Notes under the pieces: model-generated
The model's input: only the letters and a program-made list of their open reading frames with translations
Databases searched by the model: none
What the model was told of the DNA's origin: nothing
Position numbers and translations under genes: made by a program
Origin: a virus
Taxonomy: Duplodnaviria > Heunggongvirae > Uroviricota > Caudoviricetes
Length of the DNA stretch: 64,000 nt
Reading direction: 5' to 3' (one strand)
Virus record (IMG/VR): IMGVR_UViG_3300045988_005640
Part shown: one piece after another, positions 46,054-55,592 of the stretch
How positions within the stretch are numbered: position 1 is the first letter of the stretch
How the letters are laid out: every line of letters starts with the position of its first letter

Positions 46054-47123
46054 TTAACCAGCACCCAATCTTTTTAGGTGGTGAGAGAAAAACTTTTGAC
46101 TCACTCAATAAGCACTACCCAAAAATCTTTGAACTTTATAAACAACAAAAAGCACAAGACTGGTCAGAAGATGAGTTCCCTTTTGAACAATCACGTCTTG
46201 ATTTTGAGAGTGTCCCAGCATCAATGTCAGGTGTAATGCTTGAGATTCTTAAGTGGCAATGGGAAGCAGACACCCAAGTTGCTAAGAGCTTGGCATTTGC
46301 CTTTGCACCTTTCATCTCTGATGACATTTATGCGACTGCAATTATGAAGCAGTCTGAGATTGAAAACCTACATGCTCTTACTTACTCAGAGATTGTAAGG
46401 CAATGTATTAAAAACCCTGAAACAATCTTAGATGAGATTAACCAGAATGTTGCTGTGCAAGACCGATTAAAAACTGTGAATCGTGTTCTTGAAGAATTAC
46501 TGGATGAAGGCATAAACTATCGTCTCAGTTATGTGCGTGACTCACTTCTGGACAAAGACCCATTACACTTCCATAAAGTGATTCTAAAAGGTCTATTTGC
46601 AGTGACTGCACTTGAAGGTATTTCCTTCATGGCATCCTTTGCATGTACCTTTGCACTTGATGCTCAGGATAAATTTCAGGGTATTGCTCAAGCTGTCCAG
46701 AAAATTATGCTTGATGAAATCCTTCACACCAAGATTGATATTGAAGTTTTAAAAGAAACTTTAAGAGATGATGAGTGGCAGAAAGCTTTTCAACAAATTC
46801 TTCCAGAGATTAAAGTAATCTTAGATGAAGTAGTTGAAAGTGAAGAGAAATGGTCGTATTATATCTTCTCCGAAGGACGTGCTGTAGTTGGCTTAAATAC
46901 AAAACTTCTTCATGAGTGGGTTTACTATAATGCTGCCCCACTGTATGATATGTTTGGCATTCCCAGAGATTTTGTAGCTCCTAAAGAACCACCTTTGAAG
47001 TATATGATTAAGAAGATGGAAATTGATAAAGAGCAGAATGCTAATCAGGAGCAACAGAACGGTGCGTACCTGTTGAATACTGTTGTAGATGATTTGAATA
47101 GTGGATTTTTAGAGGTTCCTTAA
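46050..47123 (+). CDS. nrdB: Ribonucleotide reductase class I beta subunit
   Basis: 357 aa from ATG at 46050 (ORF track start 45990 lies inside upstream gene); position after nrdA. Confidence 0.7.
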   Translation: MINQHPIFLGGERKTFDSLNKHYPKIFELYKQQKAQDWSEDEFPFEQSRLDFESVPASMSGVMLEILKWQWEADTQVAKSLAFAFAPFISDDIYATAIMKQSEIENLHALTYSEIVRQCIKNPETILDEINQNVAVQDRLKTVNRVLEELLDEGINYRLSYVRDSLLDKDPLHFHKVILKGLFAVTALEGISFMASFACTFALDAQDKFQGIAQAVQKIMLDEILHTKIDIEVLKETLRDDEWQKAFQQILPEIKVILDEVVESEEKWSYYIFSEGRAVVGLNTKLLHEWVYYNAAPLYDMFGIPRDFVAPKEPPLKYMIKKMEIDKEQNANQEQQNGAYLLNTVVDDLNSGFLEVP

Positions 47124-47365
47124 TGACTTATGTGATTTACTCCAAAACTGGATGCCCTCAGTGTGAGACTGCAAAGAATTTTGCAAAAGCTCGTGGTATT
47201 GACCATGTTGTGAGAATGTTAGGGCAGGACTATGAACTGTCAGACCTGATGGATATTGCACAGATGCCAGTTCGTCAGATGCCATTCATCATGAAAACTG
47301 ATGGACAAAACCTAAAACCTGTTGGGACGCTACAGAATTTTATGGCAGAGGTGAATAATGCTTAA
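47123..47365 (+). CDS. Glutaredoxin-like redoxin (NrdH/NrdC-like)
   Basis: 80 aa; N-terminal VIYSKTGCPQCETAK CxxC motif; immediately downstream of nrdB. Confidence 0.6.
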   Translation: MTYVIYSKTGCPQCETAKNFAKARGIDHVVRMLGQDYELSDLMDIAQMPVRQMPFIMKTDGQNLKPVGTLQNFMAEVNNA

Positions 47366-47564
47366 ACGCATTTGGGAAGGTTTGGTTGTCGATGCACCAG
47401 CTATTGTGATTGGTATGCTGATTGTTAACCTATTTACTGATTTTGAACAAGGTTCATTGTTTGGGGCCATGTTACTATGGGTTATCTTTGAAATATTAGA
47501 GATACAGCTAGGCATCACTGAAAAACTGAGAAAACTCGTTTCTAAGTTTTCTAAAAAGATTTAA
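47358..47564 (+). CDS. Small two-TM membrane protein (holin-like topology)
   Basis: 68 aa; two hydrophobic segments and basic C-terminal tail KLRKLVSKFSKKI. Confidence 0.3.
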   Translation: MLKRIWEGLVVDAPAIVIGMLIVNLFTDFEQGSLFGAMLLWVIFEILEIQLGITEKLRKLVSKFSKKI

Positions 47565-47570
47565 AATGAA

Positions 47571-47595
47571 AGGGTCTCTTCGGAGACCTTTTTAG
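47571..47595 (+). terminator. Intrinsic terminator with UUCG tetraloop
   Basis: agggtctc-ttcg-gagacctt followed by ttt. Confidence 0.65.
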
Positions 47596-47612
47596 CATGT
47601 AAAGGGGCAATA

Positions 47613-49757
47613 ATGAACAAAGTACAGATTATTAAAAAGAATGGCTCACTTGAAGAACCTGATATCAAAAAAGTTTTAGCAGCAGTCACAAAGTCAGCTA
47701 ACAGAGTTGGTTATAAAGAGCTTCCACCAGATGTTACTCAAGCTCTTGAGTCAGCATTTATGAGGATTCTGGTAAAGTCCACTAAGCAGAATAATTTGCT
47801 AATTTCGGTAAATGATATTCACAGTATTGTTGAGGGTGCTTTGGCAGAAGTCAATCACGAGATTTATGAGTCTTACTCAACATATAGAAATTACCGTAAA
47901 GAGGTTGCTCAAAATTGGGATGAACTCTACCAGAAGACTAAAGATACACTCTTCTTAGGTGACCGTGAAAATGCTAACTTTGACAGCAGTTTAATTTCTA
48001 CGAAAGGTTCAATTATCCGTGGTTACCTGACTAAAGAAATCTTTAAACAGTATCATCTAACACCAGAGGAACTTGAAGCCATTGAGAAAGGCTTTATCTA
48101 TATCCATGATTTAAGAGACCTGATTTTTGGTGGTATTAACTGTTGCCTGTTTGACATTGGTAAAGTCCTGAAAGGTGGCTTTGAAATGTCCGGCATTGAG
48201 TACTGTGAACCTAAATCTGTACTGTCAGCGTTGCAGGTTATTGGTGACGTAGTACTTTCAGCAACTGCACAGCAATTTGGTGGTTTTACTTTAGCAGAGA
48301 TTGATAAGGTACTTGTACCGTATGCTAAGAAGTCTCTACGCTATCATGCTGAGAAAGCATCATCTTATGGTATTCCTAAAGAGCATTACCACAATTATGT
48401 AATGGAGCAGTTACAAATTGAATTAACTCAAGGTTTTCAGTCACTTGAAATGAAACTGAACACTGTACCTTGTAGCCGTGGTGATTTCGCATTCACAACT
48501 TTAACATTTGGTTTACTTGACTCAGACATGTCTAATGAAGACAACCGGCTACAATACATGATTGCAAACACCATTCTTGATGTTCGCATGAATGGACAAG
48601 GTAAGAGTAAGAAGCCTGTTGTATTCCCTAAACTGGTTTATATTCATGACCAGAAGAGACACGATGAGAATATCTGTCAAGGCCAACTGTACAGTAAAGC
48701 TATTGAGTGTTGCTCTAAAGCAATGTATCCAGATTTCTTAAGCGTATCTGGTCATGGTGCTGTAGCAGAGGCTTTTGAGCGTTCTGGCAAGGTAATTTCA
48801 CCGATGGGTTGCAGAGCTTTCTTATCCCCATATCTTAACGAGAATGGAGAAGAGTTCTACGTTGGTCGTGCTAACATTGGTGCTGTGTCTTTGAACTTAC
48901 CAATGATTTACCAGTATTCTAAAGAGAATGGTTTAGATTTCTGGAAAGAGCTTGACAAGTACCTAGAGATGATTCGCAGCTTCCACAAGAAACGCTACGA
49001 AATGATTGCTAATATGCCAGCAAGCTCTAATCCTCTTGCATTCACACAAGGTGGTCTGTACAAAGGGACCAAGAAACCTACTGACAAGGTTGGTTGGGAT
49101 ATCGTGAAGTCTTTCACAGCTTCTTTTGGGGTTACTGCGCTTGATGAGTTATCTGTTCTTGCTGAAGGTAAACGGCTGCATGAAGTTGGGAGCTATAGTT
49201 TTGCATACGATGTTCTGGCATACATTAACATGAAAACTGAAGAGTTTAAAAATGAAGATGGCTTCTTATATGCTGTCTATGGTACTCCAGCAGAATCACT
49301 TTGTGGAACTCAGCTAAAACAGTTCAGAGAAATGTTTGGTGTTATCAAAGGTGTTTCTGACAAGGAATACTTTACAAACAGTTTCCATATGAATGTTGCA
49401 GCAGACATCTCACCATTTGAGAAGCAGGACTTAGAAGAGCCATTCTTCCATATCTGTAGAGGTGGCAGAATCCAGTATGTCAGGGTAGCTAACCCAGAAA
49501 ACTTACCAGCACTTAAAAGCTGTATTACCAGAGGGATGTTGAAAGGTTTCTATCAGGGACTTAACTTTGACTTAGCAATCTGTGAACATTGTGGTAACAG
49601 ACCAAAATCAGATGTTGAAGAGTGTGAAGTTTGTCACTCACATGATATCTCTGTGATTAACAGGGTGTGTGGTTATCTTGGATGGACTAAGATTAAAGGT
49701 GAATCACGAATGAATGATGCAAAAATCGCTGAGATTCGTGACAGAGTTTCTATGTAA
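47613..49757 (+). CDS. nrdD: Anaerobic ribonucleoside-triphosphate reductase (class III)
   Basis: 714 aa; C-terminal zinc ribbon CEHCGN...CEVCHS and glycyl-radical motif RVCGYLG. Confidence 0.85.
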   Translation: MNKVQIIKKNGSLEEPDIKKVLAAVTKSANRVGYKELPPDVTQALESAFMRILVKSTKQNNLLISVNDIHSIVEGALAEVNHEIYESYSTYRNYRKEVAQNWDELYQKTKDTLFLGDRENANFDSSLISTKGSIIRGYLTKEIFKQYHLTPEELEAIEKGFIYIHDLRDLIFGGINCCLFDIGKVLKGGFEMSGIEYCEPKSVLSALQVIGDVVLSATAQQFGGFTLAEIDKVLVPYAKKSLRYHAEKASSYGIPKEHYHNYVMEQLQIELTQGFQSLEMKLNTVPCSRGDFAFTTLTFGLLDSDMSNEDNRLQYMIANTILDVRMNGQGKSKKPVVFPKLVYIHDQKRHDENICQGQLYSKAIECCSKAMYPDFLSVSGHGAVAEAFERSGKVISPMGCRAFLSPYLNENGEEFYVGRANIGAVSLNLPMIYQYSKENGLDFWKELDKYLEMIRSFHKKRYEMIANMPASSNPLAFTQGGLYKGTKKPTDKVGWDIVKSFTASFGVTALDELSVLAEGKRLHEVGSYSFAYDVLAYINMKTEEFKNEDGFLYAVYGTPAESLCGTQLKQFREMFGVIKGVSDKEYFTNSFHMNVAADISPFEKQDLEEPFFHICRGGRIQYVRVANPENLPALKSCITRGMLKGFYQGLNFDLAICEHCGNRPKSDVEECEVCHSHDISVINRVCGYLGWTKIKGESRMNDAKIAEIRDRVSM

Positions 49758-49911
49758 AACTTGACATGGTGGTGTGAGTCTTGATAGGCTTACATCACCT
49801 TTTTTATTGGATGTTAGATATGGCAGAGAGTATTATTGGGTTGTTCATAGGTTCTGTCTTACTAGGGTTCTTTTTAGGACTCTCTTATTGTGAATTAAGA
49901 GGCAAGTTAAA

Positions 49912-50112
49912 ATGTTTAAAATATCAAAAGCGTTGATATACATTCTCCACATTCTAATCTTCTTCTTTGGGGTTAGTGTTATGGTATGGGGTTTTTCAGA
50001 CCCACAATGGAGTTTCGCATATCAGGGTCAGATGGATTTATGGTCATGCTTCAAACCATTTTTAGGGTTAGTCATAGCATTCAGTGCATTGCCAACTAAG
50101 GTGAAATTATGA
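49912..50112 (+). CDS. Small membrane protein
   Basis: 66 aa with two hydrophobic segments. Confidence 0.3.
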   Translation: MFKISKALIYILHILIFFFGVSVMVWGFSDPQWSFAYQGQMDLWSCFKPFLGLVIAFSALPTKVKL

Positions 50113-50504
50113 TTAAGTTGAACAAAAAACAGTTAGAGTGGATTAAAGATTATGCCTCAGAGTGTGGCTCTTGCGAAAAGAATCACGTAAGATATTCAAC
50201 ATTCCATACGACCTTCACATTGTACCTCAGCGACAACGTTCTAAGTGATTCCGTAGAAGATGGTGTAGCGTTACCTAATGAATTGCTTGACAAATTAGCT
50301 GTAGTCTCTGGAACTTGGTCTGAAGAAGACGGTCATGAATTATCTAACGATGTTGTCTTCTACACTCTTGAAAACATTATGAATCCAGAGTACATTATAC
50401 TAATGACTTGTGCACAAGATTGTGTGCCATTACAAAACTTCATTAAAGAACACTGCGAAGAATTTATTACTAAACAGGTTCCTTGTCAGGTGGTGTTTGA
50501 ATGA
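50109..50504 (+). CDS. Hypothetical Cys-rich protein
   Basis: 131-aa ORF. Confidence 0.3.
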   Translation: MIKLNKKQLEWIKDYASECGSCEKNHVRYSTFHTTFTLYLSDNVLSDSVEDGVALPNELLDKLAVVSGTWSEEDGHELSNDVVFYTLENIMNPEYIILMTCAQDCVPLQNFIKEHCEEFITKQVPCQVVFE

Positions 50505-50800
50505 GTAAAACAATTCGAAGAAAAGGTTTAAAGAACGTTCATGGACTCTATGAGTGGAGAAATGAGGTACGTAACAGAGAAAATGCTTCAGATGTCTACT
50601 TCCATTCTGATATGATGTCCAGAAAAGGTGGCTCTTACGACTTCACAAGCCAGCCTTGTAGAGAGATTAAGAAGGCCACTAAACGTCTTACAAGAACACA
50701 AATAAGGCAGCTTTCTAAGACATCCTTCTTAGATGAAGATTTTGATATTGATAGCAAGTCTCCAAAGAAAGCCGCTAAGAACACTTATATGTATTGGTGA
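50501..50800 (+). CDS. Hypothetical basic protein
   Basis: 99-aa ORF. Confidence 0.3.
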   Translation: MSKTIRRKGLKNVHGLYEWRNEVRNRENASDVYFHSDMMSRKGGSYDFTSQPCREIKKATKRLTRTQIRQLSKTSFLDEDFDIDSKSPKKAAKNTYMYW

Positions 50801-50809
50801 GGTAACTAG

Positions 50810-51295
50810 ATGAATTACATGGAGATTCGACCATTTGACACAGCTAATGGTGAAGGGGTTCGTGTAAGCCTCTTCGTAGCTGGTTGTAAGCATCACTGTG
50901 AAGGTTGCTTTAATAAGGAATCTTGGAAGTTTAATGCTGGTAAAGAGTTCACTTATGCAAACCTTTATGGCATCATTAAGTTAATGGATGATAATGCCAT
51001 CAGTGGGCTGTCAATACTTGGTGGAGAACCTCTGGATGATAGAAACATTCAAGAGGTTACCAACATATGCAAACGTATTAAAACCGTTTACCCAGAAAAA
51101 TCTATCTGGCTCTGGACAGGTTTTCAGTTACATGAAAAAATTCACCTTGATGTGATGAAATATGTTGACGTGGTGATTGATGGTAAGTATGATTCATCTA
51201 AACCAACAGTTAAACCGTATCGTGGTTCAGATAACCAAAACCTCTGGAGAAAAGAGTACGGATGGCAAGGTGATTGTCAGTGGAGAGCAGAGTGA
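50810..51295 (+). CDS. nrdG: Anaerobic ribonucleotide reductase activating protein (radical SAM)
   Basis: 161 aa; CKHHCEGCFN CxxxCxxC cluster near N-terminus. Confidence 0.7.
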   Translation: MNYMEIRPFDTANGEGVRVSLFVAGCKHHCEGCFNKESWKFNAGKEFTYANLYGIIKLMDDNAISGLSILGGEPLDDRNIQEVTNICKRIKTVYPEKSIWLWTGFQLHEKIHLDVMKYVDVVIDGKYDSSKPTVKPYRGSDNQNLWRKEYGWQGDCQWRAE

Positions 51296-51391
51296 TTATT
51301 CTGGCAAATGGACTAAGGTATAACTCCAATTGGTATCACTGAAGAAGAACTTCATAAGTTCTGTATTAAACTTTAATGAGAGAGACTAAAA

Positions 51392-51658
51392 ATGGGAATT
51401 TTAGGTAATATGAAAGCTGGATTCTTGAAGGCACTGGAAAAAGCAGCAGCAATTGTTTCTATGACTGGAAAGCAGGTCGGTGTAGATGCTTCAGCGGTTG
51501 CACAGGTTCTTGCAAGCCAAATTGAACAGCAGCCTTACATCTACGTAGGACGTGGTAAAGGTGGTAAGAAACAAGCCCACCGCCAATCTGGTGCAGCAGC
51601 TATTAAACGAGCAGCTAAGAAAGCTCGTAACCGTAAACGTAACAAGAAGGTTAAATAA
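51392..51658 (+). CDS. Small protein with highly basic C-terminus
   Basis: 88 aa ending AAKKARNRKRNKKVK. Confidence 0.3.
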   Translation: MGILGNMKAGFLKALEKAAAIVSMTGKQVGVDASAVAQVLASQIEQQPYIYVGRGKGGKKQAHRQSGAAAIKRAAKKARNRKRNKKVK

Positions 51659-51660
51659 CC

Positions 51661-51981
51661 ATGAGCAAAGTTTATAACACTCGTAAATTACAGATTTTCG
51701 TACTGTGCCAGTTTATGGCTAAAGAATACAACTTCTACTATTGTGGTACAGGTTTTATTAGCGATGATGATGGCTCATACCTCCCATTCAAAGAAGCTGT
51801 AAAACTCTTTAATGAAGAGAAAAGCTCTAAGAAAGATATTGAAAAGGTTAAGCTAACCTACAGCAAGAAAGATAAGAAGATTATCTGCCTAGATAACTTT
51901 GTGAAAGTTACTGGAGAAGCAAAAGAGTTTATGGATGAGAGTGATATTTCATTCACAAGCATCTTGAAAGTAGCTCAGTAA
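51661..51981 (+). CDS. Hypothetical protein
   Basis: 106-aa ORF. Confidence 0.3.
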   Translation: MSKVYNTRKLQIFVLCQFMAKEYNFYYCGTGFISDDDGSYLPFKEAVKLFNEEKSSKKDIEKVKLTYSKKDKKIICLDNFVKVTGEAKEFMDESDISFTSILKVAQ

Positions 51982-51992
51982 ACAGATACTAT

Positions 51993-52020
51993 AAGGGGAC
52001 TGTAAAGGTTCCCTTTTTAT
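51993..52020 (+). terminator. Putative intrinsic terminator
   Basis: Stem aaggggac/ggttccctt with 7-nt loop followed by ttttt. Confidence 0.5.
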
Positions 52021-52032
52021 TTTGGAGGTAAA

Positions 52033-52548
52033 ATGTATCTGTCAAACCTGAAACGTTCGGTTGCAATGTCAGTTCTAAGACTCAGCTTTGATGAGCGTCA
52101 AGAGTTTATAGACTCCCACAAATATGACCCTTCAAATTCTAATCACATGGTTCTTTGGAATCGTGATAACTTCCGTGAAAGAGCACTTGTCCGTTATTAC
52201 CCACACTACACAATAGATAACCTGTATGAATGGTGTGTTGTGAAGAACACCATTGCAACACTGAACAATCTTTGCAGGTATACGGGTAAGCAAACATTTA
52301 CATTAGGTCATCACAAACCTGTTACAAAAGGTGGTGAACATCACTGTGCAAACTGGTTTATCCAAACTAAAACTGATAACCAGAAGCAAGGAGATAGCCT
52401 CCTAAGTATCCCTAAGATGACCTATGAAGAGCAAGAGAAATATATCAAAAATAATATGCCAGATGTGCTTGACAACAACTATACAGATTTGGCAATATCT
52501 CTCCTGTTGAAGTTCGAGACAGTTTATAGGGCAACTTATAATGGCTAA
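52033..52548 (+). CDS. Putative HNH endonuclease
   Basis: Segment LGHHKPVTKGGEHHCANW...DNQKQG resembles HNH beta-beta-alpha-metal core; 171 aa. Confidence 0.4.
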   Translation: MYLSNLKRSVAMSVLRLSFDERQEFIDSHKYDPSNSNHMVLWNRDNFRERALVRYYPHYTIDNLYEWCVVKNTIATLNNLCRYTGKQTFTLGHHKPVTKGGEHHCANWFIQTKTDNQKQGDSLLSIPKMTYEEQEKYIKNNMPDVLDNNYTDLAISLLLKFETVYRATYNG

Positions 52549-52819
52549 AGAAAAGTGGGAGATTTTACCATTAGTCAGTGAAGGAGGTAATGGTTGTGAA
52601 ATGTACATGATACGTGGTCATGTTCCAGAGCCAATTGCACTTGAGATGGTAAACAACTTTACAGATGGTTCTTACAAAGACTTAGGCGAACCAACTGTCA
52701 AGCAACAATGGGTTAAACCTGTACCAGACAGCACAGGTAACTGTAGTGTACTTTATCACGTTGTAGACCCTGCAAAATGCAAATCTGCAATGGCAGTAAC
52801 AAACGTAACTTTTGATTGA
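52541..52819 (+). CDS. Hypothetical protein
   Basis: 92-aa ORF. Confidence 0.3.
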   Translation: MAKEKWEILPLVSEGGNGCEMYMIRGHVPEPIALEMVNNFTDGSYKDLGEPTVKQQWVKPVPDSTGNCSVLYHVVDPAKCKSAMAVTNVTFD

Positions 52820-52830
52820 GAGAGAAAACT

Positions 52831-53712
52831 ATGAAAACATCTATCCGTGTTACAGTTCATTCACCAACTAAAGGAACTCATGAAGAAGAGTTTAACATCA
52901 TCCAATTTCCTTCTGGTGAGATTGGTGGACACTTTTCTCCAGAGTTTGTTGATTTCACTGCTTATGCAGCATCATCCATCAACAATGTGATTATGATTGT
53001 AAAAGGTTATGATAAGGATACATTGTTTGCTGTGGCACTTGCTAAAGAAGCAATTGATGATTTAATTCCTCATGATTATGCTTTAAAGACTGTCATCTTT
53101 TACTACTTACCAAATGCACGTTATGACCGTCACATGTTTAAAGGCGACGCAGCAGCTTTAAAGGTTTTTGCTAAACAGGTAAATGCAATGGGATTTGGTG
53201 CAGTCTGTGCAGTTGACCCTCACAGTTACGTTCCAGATAACCTGTTTAACTGCTTCCAGAGTATTCCTCAAAAGGAGATTGCAGTTCACTACGCAAATGA
53301 CCCACTGATTGATTACTTAGTAGCCCCAGATGCAGGTGCTGCTAAGAAGATTGCAGAGACTGCTAAAGAGGTGGATAAACCATACATCACAATGTCTAAG
53401 GTGCGTAACCTTAAGACTGGTGAAATTACTGGTATGCGAATCCTTGACGATGTTGATTTGACAGATAAAACTGTCATGATTCTGGATGATATTTGTGATG
53501 GAGGTCGAACCTTCATAGAAGCAGCCAAACATCTTCGTGAAGCAGGTGCAAAACGTGTGGAACTCTATGTAACTCATGGTATTTTCTCTAAAGATGTTGA
53601 AAACTTGCTTGACAATGGTATTGACCATATCTACACTACAAACTCTTTAGGGGAAGCTAAAGACCGTGGCTTAACACATTATAGCCAAGTTACTGTAGCA
53701 AACCTTGATTAA
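52831..53712 (+). CDS. Ribose-phosphate pyrophosphokinase-like protein (Prs-like; possible ADP-ribose pyrophosphokinase)
   Basis: PRPP-binding loop VMILDDICDGGRT and VAPDAGAAKKIAE block; ATG at 52831 with GAGAGAG RBS preferred over ORF-track TTG 52816. Confidence 0.6.
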   Translation: MKTSIRVTVHSPTKGTHEEEFNIIQFPSGEIGGHFSPEFVDFTAYAASSINNVIMIVKGYDKDTLFAVALAKEAIDDLIPHDYALKTVIFYYLPNARYDRHMFKGDAAALKVFAKQVNAMGFGAVCAVDPHSYVPDNLFNCFQSIPQKEIAVHYANDPLIDYLVAPDAGAAKKIAETAKEVDKPYITMSKVRNLKTGEITGMRILDDVDLTDKTVMILDDICDGGRTFIEAAKHLREAGAKRVELYVTHGIFSKDVENLLDNGIDHIYTTNSLGEAKDRGLTHYSQVTVANLD

Positions 53713-53757
53713 AACTTTATAGGGGCTTCCAAGCCCCATTTTGAGAGAGATTAAAAG

Positions 53758-55539
53758 ATGACTAAATCACTTTATGCAGTACCAGCAGGTTTAAATGCAG
53801 ATGCTTACAAATCTGGTCATGTTTACCAGTATCCTAGCGCAACAGAGTACTTGATGTTCAATCTGACACCACGTAGCGACAAATGGTTTAACAGCCCCTT
53901 AGCAATTGACGGTGTAGTGGCTTTTGGTATTCAACGTTTTGTTAAAGATTACTTGATAGACCACTGGAATGCCACTTTCTTTGAACGTGATAAAAAAGAA
54001 GCCATTGATGAAATCTTAGAAGTCATGAATGGTGTTCTGGGTAAAGATGCTATCGGTCGAGAGCATTGGGAAGCACTTCACGACTTAGGTTATCTACCAG
54101 TTGAAGTATACGCTGTAGAAGAAGGCACAGTTGTTCCAATGCGTGTCCCGATGATTGTCTTTCAGAACACTGTTTCAGGTTTTCATTGGGTAGCAGGTTA
54201 TCTGGAAGATGCTTTCTCTGCTGAAATTTGGAAGGCTTGTACCATTGCAACTATTGCATTGCATTACAAACGCATCTGTAAGAAGTGGGCTGACCTTACT
54301 TGTGACAATGACTTACATTTACCTTATCAGTGCCATGATTTTGCTATGCGTGGTATGTCCGGCTTTACTGATGACGCATTTAACGCTGTAGGTCACTTAA
54401 CCAGCTTTAAAGGGACTGATAGCTTCCCTGCTGTATACACGGCTAAACGAATCTATGGACAGTCCTACCCAATCTCTGATATTGGTAGTTCTGTACCAGC
54501 CACTGAGCACTCTGTAATGTGTGCAAACATTGCTTGGGAAGGTGGTAATGAGTTGATTGAAGAAGAAAGACGCTTTAAAGGTGAGTTACAAACCTTCCGT
54601 CGTTTCTTAACAGAAACTTACCCAACAGGTATTGCAAGCATTGTTTCAGATACTTATAACTTCTGGAGAACTGTGTCAGAAATCTTACCAGCACTTCGTA
54701 AAGAAATTATGGAACGTGATGGCAAACTGGTAATTCGCCCTGACTCTGGAGACCCTGTACATATTGTCACAGGTTATAAAGCAATCCACTTAGAATGTGC
54801 TAAGAAGGCTTATTACGAGCACCTAAGCAAGCTGGAAGCCAGTGACACAATGTTGAATGCTGTTCTGAACATGAAGCTTGAGAACATCAACTATGGTATT
54901 GCTGGATGGCTACTGTCAGAAGGCTACGAGATGGTTGTTGACAGAGAAGACTTTGAAGTTGCTGATACAGTGATGTTGAAAAATGCTTATATGGTTGGTT
55001 CTGCAAACGTTGTAACACGTCCTGTAGCTGAGATTGATGGAGCTATTAAGACACTGTACAACATCTTTGGGGGAACTATTAACTCTAAAGGCTTTAAAGT
55101 ACTGGATGAGCATATTGGACTTATTTATGGCGACTCTATCACGTTGGAACGTGCAAATGAAATACTGAAGCGTTTGTATGAAATGGGTTTTGCAAGCTCT
55201 AACGTAGTGTTTGGTGTAGGTTCTTACACTTACCAGTACATGACTCGTGACACCTTTGCATTTGCTGTCAAAGCAACCCTTGCAAGCATTGGTGGTAAAG
55301 AGATTATGCTTGCAAAAGACCCTAAAACAGATAGTGGTGTTAAGAAGTCTGCTTTTGGTGGTGTAGCACCTATGTGGGATGGTGAAAATCTGAAAGCTGT
55401 AGATGGCTATGGGTTCCAGAGCTTTGCAGATGCACTTGAACATCCAGCTTGTGCTTTACGTCTAGTCTTTAGTGACTCTGAGCAGTTCGGCTACACAACT
55501 CTTGGTGATATTCGAAATAATATTGACAAGCAGCTTTAA
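53758..55539 (+). CDS. nadV: Nicotinamide phosphoribosyltransferase-like protein (NadV/NAMPT family)
   Basis: 593 aa; N-terminal LYAVPAGLNADAYKSGHVYQYP characteristic of NAMPT-family start; adjacent to Prs-like gene. Confidence 0.7.
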   Translation: MTKSLYAVPAGLNADAYKSGHVYQYPSATEYLMFNLTPRSDKWFNSPLAIDGVVAFGIQRFVKDYLIDHWNATFFERDKKEAIDEILEVMNGVLGKDAIGREHWEALHDLGYLPVEVYAVEEGTVVPMRVPMIVFQNTVSGFHWVAGYLEDAFSAEIWKACTIATIALHYKRICKKWADLTCDNDLHLPYQCHDFAMRGMSGFTDDAFNAVGHLTSFKGTDSFPAVYTAKRIYGQSYPISDIGSSVPATEHSVMCANIAWEGGNELIEEERRFKGELQTFRRFLTETYPTGIASIVSDTYNFWRTVSEILPALRKEIMERDGKLVIRPDSGDPVHIVTGYKAIHLECAKKAYYEHLSKLEASDTMLNAVLNMKLENINYGIAGWLLSEGYEMVVDREDFEVADTVMLKNAYMVGSANVVTRPVAEIDGAIKTLYNIFGGTINSKGFKVLDEHIGLIYGDSITLERANEILKRLYEMGFASSNVVFGVGSYTYQYMTRDTFAFAVKATLASIGGKEIMLAKDPKTDSGVKKSAFGGVAPMWDGENLKAVDGYGFQSFADALEHPACALRLVFSDSEQFGYTTLGDIRNNIDKQL

Positions 55540-55550
55540 AAGTATATGAT
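55523..55550 (+). promoter_or_regulatory. Candidate promoter TTGACA-N16-TATGAT overlapping nadV stop codon
   Basis: -35 at 55523-55528, -10 at 55545-55550; predicted start site falls in the 5-prime arm of the downstream terminator hairpin. Confidence 0.3.
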
Positions 55551-55552
55551 AA

Positions 55553-55578
55553 GAGGCTCCTACGGGAGCCTTTTTAAT
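55553..55578 (+). terminator. Intrinsic terminator
   Basis: gaggctcc-tacg-ggagcctt followed by ttttt. Confidence 0.6.
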
Positions 55579-55592
55579 TTCTGGAGAAGATT

